From NCBI GenBank assembly GCA_963744145.1, contig CAVUSO010000001.1, forward strand, positions 1,408,001 through 1,472,000: 64,000 bases of DNA, in the 5' to 3' direction. Source of the stretch: an uncultured cyanobacterium (GTDB lineage Bacteria > Cyanobacteriota > Cyanobacteriia > Cyanobacteriales > CAWUOF01). The position numbers were made by a program, and so were the translations under genes. Positions 48,871-59,405 of the stretch are shown in pieces. The stretch's first letter is position 1; each line of letters begins with the position of its first letter. Below the pieces are notes generated by a model. The model made no database searches, was not told the DNA's origin, and worked only from the letters and a program-made list of their open reading frames with translations.

Positions 48871-49352
48871 CTACTTTCTTAACAATTTAAAAGCAATATT
48901 TCGTCCTAACTGTTGTTTGAGAGCTAAATCAATCCATAACAAAGCAAAAGGTTCTGTCAGACGAGCATTTTTTAAAGGACCACAGTCGATTACTTCAAAC
49001 CCAATATCAGCAGCAAGTTGAGAAACGATCACTTTAGCTTTAGAGTCATCTCCACAGACATGAATATCAATAGTTTCTGTACCATATTTGACTTGAGCTA
49101 AATTATTCGCACCAGTAGTATTGAAACATTTAACCACTTTAGTATTAGGCACAATTTTGGCGATTTCTTCAGCTCCCGATGTCGTTGTACCAACTGCTAA
49201 TCCAGCTAAATTGGGTAAGAGAGGATTAGTGCTATCAATCAAAATTTTTCCCCCAATATCTCCCAAGGATGCGACCACACTCAAAGTTACTTCCTAAGGA
49301 GTTGTTAAAACAATTACTTCACTAAGTTGAGCAGCTTCAATCAGTTCCCCAA
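48871..49352 (-). pseudogene. NADPH-dependent F420 reductase-like oxidoreductase; 5'-truncated, with an in-frame stop
   Basis: GKILIDSTNPL, SGAEEIA, VVKCFNT, CGDD..AK, DCGPL..AR..EP; upstream EAAQLSEVIVLTTP*EV (TAG at 49294-49296); no GxGxxG N-terminus. Confidence 0.8.
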
Positions 49353-49597
49353 GTCAACGGCTGATTTTTCTTGGGGTGGTCATATATTGAGAGATTTGGG
49401 GGCGATCGCTTTCCTCGCTAGTTGATCGGGAACGCCCCCTAAATCCCCCAATGCTGGGGGAATTTGAACCTTTGGCAATTATCTTCCCCCAAAGTTAACA
49501 GCCTAGGCCGGCTCAGTGTGATCGCGTTGAAACTGTGCCAGATGGTTATTGACGTTTGACTGTGCTGTCTATATGTTATATTTGGCAATACAGTTCA

Positions 49598-49697
49598 TAC
49601 CAAATCAGCTTTGGTAAGGCTACTATCACCAACCCAAAACCTTTGCTCAAAGCGGATTTGTAAATCACATAAAAAGTCATCGTAACCGGATTTAATA
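49598..49697. mobile_element. Degenerate 100-bp MITE inserted into a CAATAC-type terminal repeat
   Basis: TACCAAATC...GATTTAATA flanked by TCA/TCA; removing it restores CAATACAGTTCAGTTGAG. Confidence 0.5.
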
Positions 49698-49881
49698 TCA
49701 GTTGAGTCCAATCACTGTGAGCCTAGGCTGTTGAATTTGTGCCTTTTTAAGGGGAGTTTTGTTTCGCTAACAGACTCTAAAAATAGGATTTAAACACTCC
49801 TGTCCCCTAAGAGTTAATATAATTCTTTTAAAGAATTATGGCTCTACCGCTCCCTTTATGAAATAAATTAGGAATTTAACC

Positions 49882-51372
49882 ATGTCTGTTAAAAATGGCG
49901 TAATGATGCAATACTTTCACTGGTATCTGCCAGCGGATGGTAGCTTGTGGAATCAGGTAGCTGAGAAAGCCGAGGAATTAGCGAAAATTGGCATTTCTTC
50001 CTTATGGTTGCCGCCTGCCTACAAAGGTACAGGTGGAGGCATGGATGTCGGTTATGGTGTTTATGACTTATTTGATCTAGGTGAGTTCGATCAAAAAGGC
50101 TCAGTACGGACAAAATACGGTACCAAAGATGAATATATTCGGGCGATTCAAGTAGCGAAAAAAGCCGGAATTAGTATCTACGCCGATGTGGTTTTTAATC
50201 ACAAAATGGGAGCGGATGAGACAGAAGAGGCGGAAGCGATCCCATTGAGTATGGACGATCGTAATCAGCCGATTCAGGACTACCAAACAATCAAAGCCTG
50301 GACTCACTTCACTTTTCCAGGACGTAAGGGGCAATATTCTACTATGGAATGGCATTGGTGGCATTTTGATGCGATCGATTACAACGCCTATAATCAGGGC
50401 GAAAATGCTATCTACTTGTTCAAGGGCAAGTCATTTGATCGCAATGTTGACCTAGAAAAAGGTAATTTTGACTATTTGATGGGTTGCGATCTTGATATGC
50501 AAAATTCCGAAGTCCAAGGAGAACTGAAATATTGGGGGGAATGGCATGATGATACGACCCATGTAGATGGTTTCCGATTTGATGCTGCCAAGCATGTGTC
50601 AGCCGACTTCTTTCAGGAATGGTTAGAGCATATGTGTCACTATGCCAAACGAGATCTATATGCTGTAGGAGAATACTGGTCTTACGAAGTAGACGCTTTA
50701 CATCATTTCATTACCGTGACCAATGGCAAAGTCGATTTATTTGATGTGCCTTTACATTACAACTTTCATGTGGCTAGTCAATCGGGGAAGGATTACAACC
50801 TAAGCCAAATTTTTGACAATACATTAGCCAAAAACCAACCTACGCTTGCCGTCACCTTTGTTGATAACCATGACTCTCAGCCGTTACAATCACTAGAATC
50901 GATTGTTGAAGCTTGGTTTAAGCCTCTGGCTTATGCACTTATTTTGCTCCGGCAAGAAGGATATCCTTGCATTTTTTACGCTGATTATTACGGAGCAAAT
51001 TACAAAGATCGGGGTAAAGATGGCAACGAGTATGAAATCTTTATAGATAGCCATCAATGGTTACTTGATAAGTTTCTCTTTGTCCGGCAAACTTACGCTT
51101 ATGGCGCTCAGTATGACTATTTTGATCATCCCAATACGGTTGGCTGGACGAGATTGGGAGATGATGAGCATCCTGGTGGTATGGCAGTCCTGCTCAGTAA
51201 TGGTGAGGATGGCAGAAAATTGATGGAAGTGGGGCATCCCAACCGCACTTATATTGATATTACTGAGCATGTGGATGAGACTATTACCACAGATGATCGA
51301 GGTTGGGCTGAATTTCGTTGTAATGGAGGTTCAGTCTCGGTGTGGGTATGGATTGAGCAAGTTTCTGGATAG
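49882..51372 (+). CDS. amyA: Alpha-amylase (GH13, cytoplasmic AmyA type)
   Basis: VMMQYFHWY, DVGYGVYDLFDLGEFDQKG, DVVFNH, DGFRFDAAKH, GEYW, FVDNHD. Confidence 0.93.
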   Translation: MSVKNGVMMQYFHWYLPADGSLWNQVAEKAEELAKIGISSLWLPPAYKGTGGGMDVGYGVYDLFDLGEFDQKGSVRTKYGTKDEYIRAIQVAKKAGISIYADVVFNHKMGADETEEAEAIPLSMDDRNQPIQDYQTIKAWTHFTFPGRKGQYSTMEWHWWHFDAIDYNAYNQGENAIYLFKGKSFDRNVDLEKGNFDYLMGCDLDMQNSEVQGELKYWGEWHDDTTHVDGFRFDAAKHVSADFFQEWLEHMCHYAKRDLYAVGEYWSYEVDALHHFITVTNGKVDLFDVPLHYNFHVASQSGKDYNLSQIFDNTLAKNQPTLAVTFVDNHDSQPLQSLESIVEAWFKPLAYALILLRQEGYPCIFYADYYGANYKDRGKDGNEYEIFIDSHQWLLDKFLFVRQTYAYGAQYDYFDHPNTVGWTRLGDDEHPGGMAVLLSNGEDGRKLMEVGHPNRTYIDITEHVDETITTDDRGWAEFRCNGGSVSVWVWIEQVSG

Positions 51373-51395
51373 ACTCTAAGTTTGCACTAAAGAAA

Positions 51396-51488
51396 CTAGG
51401 ACTTAAGCAACTATTCTAGAAATAGGGGCAACCACGGGGGGATTGCCCCTACAAAACTCTACATATAGAGGCTCTGCGTAAGTCCTAG
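51396..51488. mobile_element. MITE with CTAGGACTTA(C/A)GCA terminal repeats and an internal REP
   Basis: CTAGGACTTAAGCA...TGCGTAAGTCCTAG; internal TAGGGGCAACCACGGGGGGATTGCCCCTAC. Confidence 0.75.
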
Positions 51489-51555
51489 AGATATAACAAC
51501 GGTAGAATTAACCAAATTGACAATTGCTAAAGTTCACGCTTGAGAAAGCGATCGA

Positions 51556-53103
51556 TTATTTCTTATTTACAGGAGGAGGGGGAATTGTCACATCAATTAA
51601 ATTCACATTTATCCCCTGACTCAGACTGGTAAGAGGTGGTTGAATATTCTGATTATTACCAACCACTAAGATCACAGTATTTTCTGGCTTTAGATAAGTT
51701 TTAGCCACTCTTTGCACATCCGCGATCGTCGTTGCTTCCAATTGTCGCTGATAACGGAAAATAAAATCAGCCGGATAGCCAAAATATTCATAACGCATTA
51801 AACGAGAGAGAGTTTGACTAGGACTTTGGAAATTGAAAATAAAAGAATTAAGTGCAGATTCTTTAGCATAAGCAAGTTCTTCGGTTGTAATCGGTTCATT
51901 CCGAATTCGATCGATTTCCATCTGAATCGCTTGAATAAAAGGTACGGTTGCTTCCGATCGCGTCTGTCCACCAGCAATAAAAGTGCCAGGATAATCATAT
52001 CTAGGACTCCAAGTCGCATATACTGAATAAGCTAGACCTTTACTAGCTCGTACTTGGTTAAACATCCGTCCACCAAAACCATTGAGAACTGAATTTAAAA
52101 CCATCAGCGCTGGATAATCCGGATCATTTATTTGCCCACCTAAATGACCCATCAACACCGAACTTTGAGTTAGGTGAGGTTGATTGACTACAAACACACC
52201 CTGAGAATTTGCTTGAGATACATCTGGTAACTTTGGTAATTTCCATTCTGGTGCAGGTTTCCAATCACCAAACTTTTTCTCAATCAGCGATCGCATTTTG
52301 TCTGGATCAAAATCTCCTACTATTCCTAAAATCATATTATTAGGATGGAAATTTTGATCATAAAAATCCACTACATCCTGACGATCAATATGGCTGAGAT
52401 TTACATACTCTGTAGTCCGAGCATAGGGACTCTGAGCACCATAAATTAATTTTTGGAATTCCCGACCAGCAATCCCATTCGGGTCATCATTCCGACGCGC
52501 AATCTCCCCCTTGAGTTGATTTTTAGCAAAATCTAACTGATCTTGAGCAAAAATCGGTTCACGGATCACTTCCGCAAATAACCCTAAAACCTTCTCTAAA
52601 TCCTCACTCAAAGCACTAAAACTCGCACTAGCACTAGTCCCATCTAATCCAGTTTCCACCGCAGCTGCTTCTGTTTCAAGGATTTCATTGAGTTCTGTGC
52701 CCGAATGTTTACTAGTACCACCGATCCTCATTACCGTTCCGACCAAATTCCCTAGACCAACTTTATCCTCTGGTTCAAAGCGATCGCCCGTCCGAAATAT
52801 TGCGCTCCCACTCACCAGAGGAAGTTCTCGATCTTGCATCAAATAGACTATGATCCCATTGGCCATTTGATAGCGAGTAGATTTGGGTAATTTAATTGCT
52901 GGTAACTGGGGAAAAGTTAAATCTGTATAATGTTTAGCTTCAACTGCTAATACTGGTAACAATAGCCCCAAAATTACCCAAATAAAAACTCCCACAAATA
53001 AGCCAAATTGCTGGAGTTGTTGATGAATTTTTACTGCCATTTTTGATATTTTTTTCTGAATTTTTCTGGGATGATGACGCTGATTCCAACCAAACAATTG
53101 CAT
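51556..53103 (-). CDS. M16 (pitrilysin) family protein, non-catalytic subunit
   Basis: M16 fold (NGIIVYL, IVGDFD, RASKGLAYSV) without HxxEH; start uncertain. Confidence 0.88.
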   Translation of the reverse strand: MQLFGWNQRHHPRKIQKKISKMAVKIHQQLQQFGLFVGVFIWVILGLLLPVLAVEAKHYTDLTFPQLPAIKLPKSTRYQMANGIIVYLMQDRELPLVSGSAIFRTGDRFEPEDKVGLGNLVGTVMRIGGTSKHSGTELNEILETEAAAVETGLDGTSASASFSALSEDLEKVLGLFAEVIREPIFAQDQLDFAKNQLKGEIARRNDDPNGIAGREFQKLIYGAQSPYARTTEYVNLSHIDRQDVVDFYDQNFHPNNMILGIVGDFDPDKMRSLIEKKFGDWKPAPEWKLPKLPDVSQANSQGVFVVNQPHLTQSSVLMGHLGGQINDPDYPALMVLNSVLNGFGGRMFNQVRASKGLAYSVYATWSPRYDYPGTFIAGGQTRSEATVPFIQAIQMEIDRIRNEPITTEELAYAKESALNSFIFNFQSPSQTLSRLMRYEYFGYPADFIFRYQRQLEATTIADVQRVAKTYLKPENTVILVVGNNQNIQPPLTSLSQGINVNLIDVTIPPPPVNKK

Positions 53104-53122
53104 GAAAATAGCTCCTGCTTTT

Positions 53123-54757
53123 TTACTGACTTAAAATCCGCCCAATCGTTCGATTTGCTGGCGTAAAAGTAATTTGAGCTACCCTTTGAATATCAGCAGG
53201 TGTAACTCGCTCAATTGCTTCTAATTCTTTAAATAGATTCAGCCAAGTCCCAGTTTTAATTTCGTATTCTAATAACAAACTAGCCATCCCATTGTTAGAA
53301 TCTAGCGATCGCAACAACCCAGCACGGGCTTGATTTTTTACTCGGACTAATTCCAATTCGGAAACCGGTTCAGTTTTCAACCGTTCTATTTCTGTTCTTA
53401 ATGCTGTTTCCACTTCATCTACAGTATGATCTTTCGCTGTCAAAGCATAAAACAACATGACATTAGCATACTTATTTCCGGGAAATCCGCTAAAACCCTG
53501 AGCAACTAGCGCAATTTGCTGTTTTTCCACCAAAGATTTATACAAACGCGAAGTTCTACCATTACTAAGAATACTACCGATCAGGTCATAAACTACATGA
53601 TCCGGATGTTTCATTGCTGGACGATGATATCCTTCTAAATACCAAGGTTGAGAAGCAAGTTTCAGATTTACTTCTCTCGGTTCTGTTTGGGGTGGTTCTA
53701 CCAGTTCAAGTTCTTTTGGTTTTGGTTGAGCTGGATAACGACCAAAATAAATCTGAGCTAATTGTTTGACTTGCAGAGGAGAAACATCCCCCACGATCGC
53801 GATGGTTAAATTACTCGGAACATAGTGAGTTTTGAAAAACTCTTGCACATCAAGTCTAGTCAGATTACGAATATCTTGATTGTAACCAATGACCGGACGC
53901 TTATAGGGGTGTACTTGATAAGCTTTATCCAGAAATGCTTCGAGCATCTGACCGATCGGTGAATTATCAGTCCGTAAACGTCTTTCTTCCAAAATTACCA
54001 GTTTTTCTTTATAAAATTCTCGAAATACAGGATCAAGAAACCGTTCCGACTCTAACGACATCCACAATTCTAATTTATTGGCTGGAAAACTGTAGAAATA
54101 ACGAGTAGCATCAGTGGAAGTATTAGCATTTAGTCCAACTCCACCTTCTCTTTCCACGATCTTTCCTAGTTCATTTTGCTTCACATATTTAGCTGCTTGG
54201 GCTTCTACTTGGTCAAATTCGGCTTTCAGTTTGGTTACATCTGCATCTTGACCAGCTTTTTTGCTAATTTGGATTTGGTCAAATAATTGATCTAATTGGT
54301 CTAATAAGGGTTTTTCCTGGTTATAGTCTCGCGTTCCGATCTTGGTTGTACCTTTAAACGCTAAATGTTCCAAAAAATGCGCTACACCCGTTTTTCCATC
54401 AGGTTCATTTGCCCCACCCACATCTGCGTATGTAAGAAAGGAAACTATGGGTGCTTTATGTCTTTCTAAGACAATAAATTTGAGCCCATTGTCTAAACGA
54501 AACTCGGTTACTTGTTTAATTACCCGATCTAAATAGGGCTGAATTAAACTAGTTGCTACCTGGTTGAGTGGTTCAGATTGAGCAAAAGCCATTTTTATGG
54601 GTATTCCTGACCACAGCAGCACCAAGCTCAGAATTAGTGTGAGCAATTTTTGCCAGTAATGGTACATCTTTTGAATTTTTCGGCTTGGCTTTTTAATTGA
54701 GATTAAATAGCTTAAACTTAATCTAGTTGAGAAATTTGACATAAGCAGTTGGTCCAT
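53123..54757 (-). CDS. M16 family zinc peptidase, catalytic subunit
   Basis: GVAHFLEHLAFKGT (HxxEH), NANTSTD, GRTSRLY; the true start is probably a little downstream. Confidence 0.92.
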   Translation of the reverse strand: MDQLLMSNFSTRLSLSYLISIKKPSRKIQKMYHYWQKLLTLILSLVLLWSGIPIKMAFAQSEPLNQVATSLIQPYLDRVIKQVTEFRLDNGLKFIVLERHKAPIVSFLTYADVGGANEPDGKTGVAHFLEHLAFKGTTKIGTRDYNQEKPLLDQLDQLFDQIQISKKAGQDADVTKLKAEFDQVEAQAAKYVKQNELGKIVEREGGVGLNANTSTDATRYFYSFPANKLELWMSLESERFLDPVFREFYKEKLVILEERRLRTDNSPIGQMLEAFLDKAYQVHPYKRPVIGYNQDIRNLTRLDVQEFFKTHYVPSNLTIAIVGDVSPLQVKQLAQIYFGRYPAQPKPKELELVEPPQTEPREVNLKLASQPWYLEGYHRPAMKHPDHVVYDLIGSILSNGRTSRLYKSLVEKQQIALVAQGFSGFPGNKYANVMLFYALTAKDHTVDEVETALRTEIERLKTEPVSELELVRVKNQARAGLLRSLDSNNGMASLLLEYEIKTGTWLNLFKELEAIERVTPADIQRVAQITFTPANRTIGRILSQ

Positions 54758-54941
54758 ATCCTTGGCAAGTATAACGCAAAATTCCCTAACCCGGTTTCCT
54801 TGGTTCCAAATTGATTTTAAAGGTTTCTGATGGAAGTCAATCAGGAAACTTTAATGCTATGTGAAGTTTTTGTACTTTCCTCGATTCCATGTTGGACAAT
54901 ATAATTACAGTTTTCTGAATGTAGTTCTTTTTCTAATCACT

Positions 54942-55562
54942 ATGAGAATTTTTACTCAATCACCTCCTCCTGAAGCCGAAACTCGCACGCGCATTCTCAA
55001 AGCAGCGCAGAAATTATTTGCACACCAAGGTTATGATGGGACTACTACTCGTGATTTAGCTGCATCAGCAGGAGTAGCTGAAGGCACCCTATTTCGACAT
55101 TTTGCCAATAAAAAGGCAATTTTAATTGAATTGGCTACTCAAGGATGGGTAGAAATTCTCACCGATCTGCTGACGGAATTGAGCGAAATGGGTAGCTATA
55201 AAGCGATCGCGCAAGTGATGCGTCATCGGATGCTTAATTTCCATCAAAATGCAGATCTGCTCCGAGTTTGTTTTATGGAAGCTCAGTTTCACCCAGAATT
55301 ACGCGATCGCATTCAAGCAGAAGTAATCGGTAAAATGACTGATGTCACGGAAGCTTTTTTCCAAACTGCGATGGACAGAGGTACTTATCGCCAAATGAAC
55401 CCCAAAATAGTTGCCCATGTATTTCTGGGAATGTTTGCTGTTTCTGGGTTTAGCTACACTACTATGGCTGAACCTAGTGCATCTCCTCAACAAATGCAAG
55501 AAATGGCTGAAGGAATTGCTGATATTTTTCTCAATGGTGTTTTAGTCAAAGAAGAATCTTAG
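54942..55562 (+). CDS. TetR/AcrR family transcriptional regulator
   Basis: TRTRILKAAQKLFAHQGYDGTTTRDLAASAGVAEGTLFRHFANK. Start moved to ATG 54942. Confidence 0.93.
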   Translation: MRIFTQSPPPEAETRTRILKAAQKLFAHQGYDGTTTRDLAASAGVAEGTLFRHFANKKAILIELATQGWVEILTDLLTELSEMGSYKAIAQVMRHRMLNFHQNADLLRVCFMEAQFHPELRDRIQAEVIGKMTDVTEAFFQTAMDRGTYRQMNPKIVAHVFLGMFAVSGFSYTTMAEPSASPQQMQEMAEGIADIFLNGVLVKEES

Positions 55563-55647
55563 TTACACGGGGGAATACGTTTTCTTCATCCTACTGAGTG
55601 ATCGGCATTCTCCTGTCTTCTATTTATTTTCAACTTACCAATCTATT

Positions 55648-57024
55648 ATGTATATTCCTACCCAGTACGATTTAATCACAACTACTCTAGGACAACGTCG
55701 GCAGAAATTAGCCAATTTAATTAATTTCCCTGTCATTCTTTGGTCGGGAGATAGTTGTGCTCGTAATTATCCTGCTAATACTTTTCCGTTTCGTGCTAGT
55801 AGTCATTTTCTCTATTTTGCTGGTTTACCACTGCTCAATGCAGCGATTCGTCTAGACTCTGGTAAGTTAGAACTATTTATGGATGATTTACCTGCTAGTC
55901 ATACTCTTTGGTCTGGAGAAATTCCTGAACGGGAGAAAATTGCCAATATTATTGGTGCTGATGCTCATTTTCCTCTTTTAGAGTTATCTAATCACGCTCT
56001 TGGTGCTGCAACTATTGCGGTCCAGCATTATCCCACTCAGTTACAACAATCCCAGGTACTCAACCGATCGCTCGTTCCTCCCCAAGAAATCGATCGAGAA
56101 CTAACTAAGGCAATTATCTCTTTACGATTGACCCATGATGAATTAGCTTTAACCGAATTACGACAAGCCGCAGCTTGTACTATTCTAGCTCACCAAACAG
56201 GAATATTAGCAACTAAAAATGCCCAAAGTGAAGCCCAAATTCGAGCCGCAATGGAAGGTGTGATCATTGCTCACAATATGACTTTAGCTTATCCGAGTAT
56301 TGTGACTGTTTATGGTGAAGTTCTTCATAATAATATGTATCATCACCCGCTCCAATCAGGAGATTTATTATTAGCTGATGTGGGTGCAGAAACTTCCCTG
56401 GGTTGGGCAAGTGATGTGACGCGAACATGGCCTGTTTCTGGGAAATTTTCCCCTACACAACGAGATATTTATAATCTAGTTCTGACAGCTCACGATGTTT
56501 GTATTGATCACATTTGTGCTGGAGTCGAATATCAAGATATTCATTGGTTAGCTAGTAGAATCATTGCTCAAGGTTTGGTAGATTTAGGGATTTTACGTGG
56601 TCATCCTGAAGATTTAGTTAATCATGATGCCCATGCTTTATTTTTTGTGCATGGAATCGGACATTTATTAGGTTTAGATGTTCATGATATGGAAGATTTT
56701 GGAGATTTAGCGGGTTATGAAGAAGGTCGAACTAGAAGCGATCGCTTTGGGCATAAATTTTTACGCTTAAATCGTCAATTACAACCGGGAATGTTAGTGA
56801 CAATTGAGCCTGGATTTTATCAAGTTCCCGCAATTTTAAATCATCCCGATACTCGTGCCAAATATCGGGAAATGGTAAATTGGGATCAACTAGAACAGTT
56901 TGCTGATGTGCGTGGGATTCGGATTGAAGATGATGTTTTAGTTACGGAAACTGGTCGAGAGGTTTTAACTAAAGGATTACCAAATCAAGCGGATGAAATT
57001 GAGAATTTGCTTAATGATTACTGA
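55648..57024 (+). CDS. pepP: Xaa-Pro aminopeptidase (M24B)
   Basis: LADVGAE..ASDVTRTWP, HGIGHLLGLDVHD, TIEPGFY, GIRIEDDVLVT. Confidence 0.9.
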   Translation: MYIPTQYDLITTTLGQRRQKLANLINFPVILWSGDSCARNYPANTFPFRASSHFLYFAGLPLLNAAIRLDSGKLELFMDDLPASHTLWSGEIPEREKIANIIGADAHFPLLELSNHALGAATIAVQHYPTQLQQSQVLNRSLVPPQEIDRELTKAIISLRLTHDELALTELRQAAACTILAHQTGILATKNAQSEAQIRAAMEGVIIAHNMTLAYPSIVTVYGEVLHNNMYHHPLQSGDLLLADVGAETSLGWASDVTRTWPVSGKFSPTQRDIYNLVLTAHDVCIDHICAGVEYQDIHWLASRIIAQGLVDLGILRGHPEDLVNHDAHALFFVHGIGHLLGLDVHDMEDFGDLAGYEEGRTRSDRFGHKFLRLNRQLQPGMLVTIEPGFYQVPAILNHPDTRAKYREMVNWDQLEQFADVRGIRIEDDVLVTETGREVLTKGLPNQADEIENLLNDY

Positions 57025-57029
57025 GTCAG

Positions 57030-58103
57030 TTAAACTACCACAGCACCCCGATCGCTCAAATCATATTTCATCGCTTGAGATAGACCAATATTATTCATAA
57101 ACCTAGCATTTTCTAACCTAGCACCTGTTAAATCAGCCCGAGTTAAATTAGTCCCAATTAACTCTGCTTCTTTCAGATTCACACTGGTCAGATCAGCATT
57201 ACTTAAGTCCGCATCAATCAGATTAGCACCATTGAGATTAGCTAAACATAGATAAGCACTACTTAAATTCGCACCCTTTAATAAAGCATTTTTGAGATTA
57301 GCGCGACTTAAATTAGTCCGTAGATCCGCACCAGTGAGATTAGCAGCTTGCAGGTTAGCGCGACTCAGATTAGCATTGACTAAATAACTATGACTCAAAT
57401 TAGCACCAATCAGATTAGCACCACTCAAATCGGCTAAAGTTAAATTAGTATTACTTAAATTTGCCTGTTGTAAATCGGCATTATGAAAATTAACATAGTG
57501 CAAATCTAAACCGCTTAAGTCAGCTTCAGTTAAATCTTCAATCGGATTTATACCCATCCTTTGGGCGATCGCGATAAAATCAGTTTTTTCTTGTAAAAAC
57601 AATTCCTTGGCGCTGACTATTTGCTGTTGATTACAAGTAAGTGCTTCCGCTTCATTTCCAGCTACAGCATGAACAGTTCTTAATTTTCCTAAAGTTTGTC
57701 CGATCCCAAGATAATCTTGATTTGACCGAGCAAACACTAATACTTGCTGATAATAGGCGATCGCTTGTGCATATTCACCCAAAGTATAGTAAATATTACC
57801 GAGATTAGTGAGCGCATTAGTTTTACCCCGATGATCAGCAATTTCAGTAGCGATCGCTAAATGTTGTTCATAACAAGCGATCGCATTTGGCAAATCACCC
57901 AAAGTCTGGTAAGCGACGCCCAAATTTCCTAATGCTGCTCCTTCTTTTCGTCGTTGATGGATTTGTTGATAGATTAATAGTGCTTGTTGCCAAGACTCTA
58001 AAGCAGCCTTAACCTCACCATTTTGATATTGCTCGATTCCTTGTTTGAGCAGAACGTCAGCTTCAGGCGTCATATAACTTATGGAATGGAAAACCTTTTC
58101 CAT
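57030..58103 (-). CDS. TPR + pentapeptide repeat protein
   Basis: ALGNLGVAY/NLGNIY TPRs followed by A(D/N)LxxA repeats. Confidence 0.9.
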   Translation of the reverse strand: MEKVFHSISYMTPEADVLLKQGIEQYQNGEVKAALESWQQALLIYQQIHQRRKEGAALGNLGVAYQTLGDLPNAIACYEQHLAIATEIADHRGKTNALTNLGNIYYTLGEYAQAIAYYQQVLVFARSNQDYLGIGQTLGKLRTVHAVAGNEAEALTCNQQQIVSAKELFLQEKTDFIAIAQRMGINPIEDLTEADLSGLDLHYVNFHNADLQQANLSNTNLTLADLSGANLIGANLSHSYLVNANLSRANLQAANLTGADLRTNLSRANLKNALLKGANLSSAYLCLANLNGANLIDADLSNADLTSVNLKEAELIGTNLTRADLTGARLENARFMNNIGLSQAMKYDLSDRGAVVV

Positions 58104-58129
58104 TATATAAATAAAACATTAATCTGGTT

Positions 58130-59365
58130 TTAACCATCTATAAAAATTGCCCCACGTTGTTTTAAGTCTTGGATGATTGCCACAGATAATCCTGAATCGT
58201 GACGAAATCTTGCCTGATTTACCTTAGCACCATGGAGATTAGTCCCGGTTAAATTAGTTAATCCTAGCCCAGCTTGATGCAGATCAGCATTACTGAGGTT
58301 AGCACCACTCAAATCAGCATCACTAAGATTAGCATTACTTAAATTTGTTTCGCGCAGATTAGCATTCCGCAGATTGGCACCACTCAAGTTAGCCAAAGCT
58401 AAACTACATCGATGTAAATCAGCACCGCTAAGATTAGCATCACTTAAAAGCGCACCACTAGCATCAGCACCACCTAAATAAGCACCTTGCAAATTGACAT
58501 CACTTAAATCAGCATCACTTAAGTCTGCACCACGCAAAATTGCTTGCTCAAAATTAAACCCACCCAGATCAGCCCCAATTAAATTAACTCCCAGCAGATT
58601 AGCACCAACAAAGTCTGATTGGGGATCAAGCTGGGCAATTTTTGCTAATTCCACAAATTTATCTGTGTTTGCGTCTAAAACCTGATGAATCAAATTTTCC
58701 AGTTCAGCCGGAATTGTAGCAGACATTTGGGATTGATCAGTCTTTACTGCTGGGGATTCGAGGAGAGAGTTGTATTGTAAGACAACTGAACTAGTTAGAT
58801 GAGTTTTAAGTTGTAATTTTTTTAGGGAAATATCTAATTTCGTTGCTAAGATCGCGTGTTTATTGGGACTGATGTCGTGTCTCCATACTCCTTCTACTTC
58901 CGTTAGCTGTATATCTGCTGGTAGGATTTCTAATCTTGCTATCACCTGACAGGGAATATTGGTGACATGGATCTTTCCGAGGGGGAAATTAGGAATCAGA
59001 CCACTCACTACTGGTTGAGGGAAACTAAGCAACCAATAGGGTTCGGTTTGGGTCCCACCTAAAGTCCCATGACAAGCGATCGCTGATTTTGATTCGCTAT
59101 AGTGCTCAATCAGATTAGCTTGAGTCGGGTCTGTACAAATCATACAGTTTTCTAGCTTCAGCTTAAACAGACCACTTTTTACACCAAATCTAAATCTACC
59201 CCCTAAGAGTGGTTCCCAAGCTTCCTTAAATCTGAGGGTTAAATATAGATCTATTTCCTTGGGATCGGCTAAATCGGTCTGAGATAAGATGCTGGTCAAT
59301 TCCATTAACAGACAATCTGATTGATCTAACTGAAGCATAGGGGAAGAAGATTCTTGCATGGCCAA
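58130..59365 (-). CDS. Pentapeptide repeat protein
   Basis: C-terminal ADLSDADLSD/ANLSGANL repeats; N-terminal domain of unknown family. Confidence 0.9.
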   Translation of the reverse strand: MAMQESSSPMLQLDQSDCLLMELTSILSQTDLADPKEIDLYLTLRFKEAWEPLLGGRFRFGVKSGLFKLKLENCMICTDPTQANLIEHYSESKSAIACHGTLGGTQTEPYWLLSFPQPVVSGLIPNFPLGKIHVTNIPCQVIARLEILPADIQLTEVEGVWRHDISPNKHAILATKLDISLKKLQLKTHLTSSVVLQYNSLLESPAVKTDQSQMSATIPAELENLIHQVLDANTDKFVELAKIAQLDPQSDFVGANLLGVNLIGADLGGFNFEQAILRGADLSDADLSDVNLQGAYLGGADASGALLSDANLSGADLHRCSLALANLSGANLRNANLRETNLSNANLSDADLSGANLSNADLHQAGLGLTNLTGTNLHGAKVNQARFRHDSGLSVAIIQDLKQRGAIFIDG

Positions 59366-59405
59366 TACTGGAGTAAGGATTCAGAAATTCTCACTAAATA
59401 TAAAG

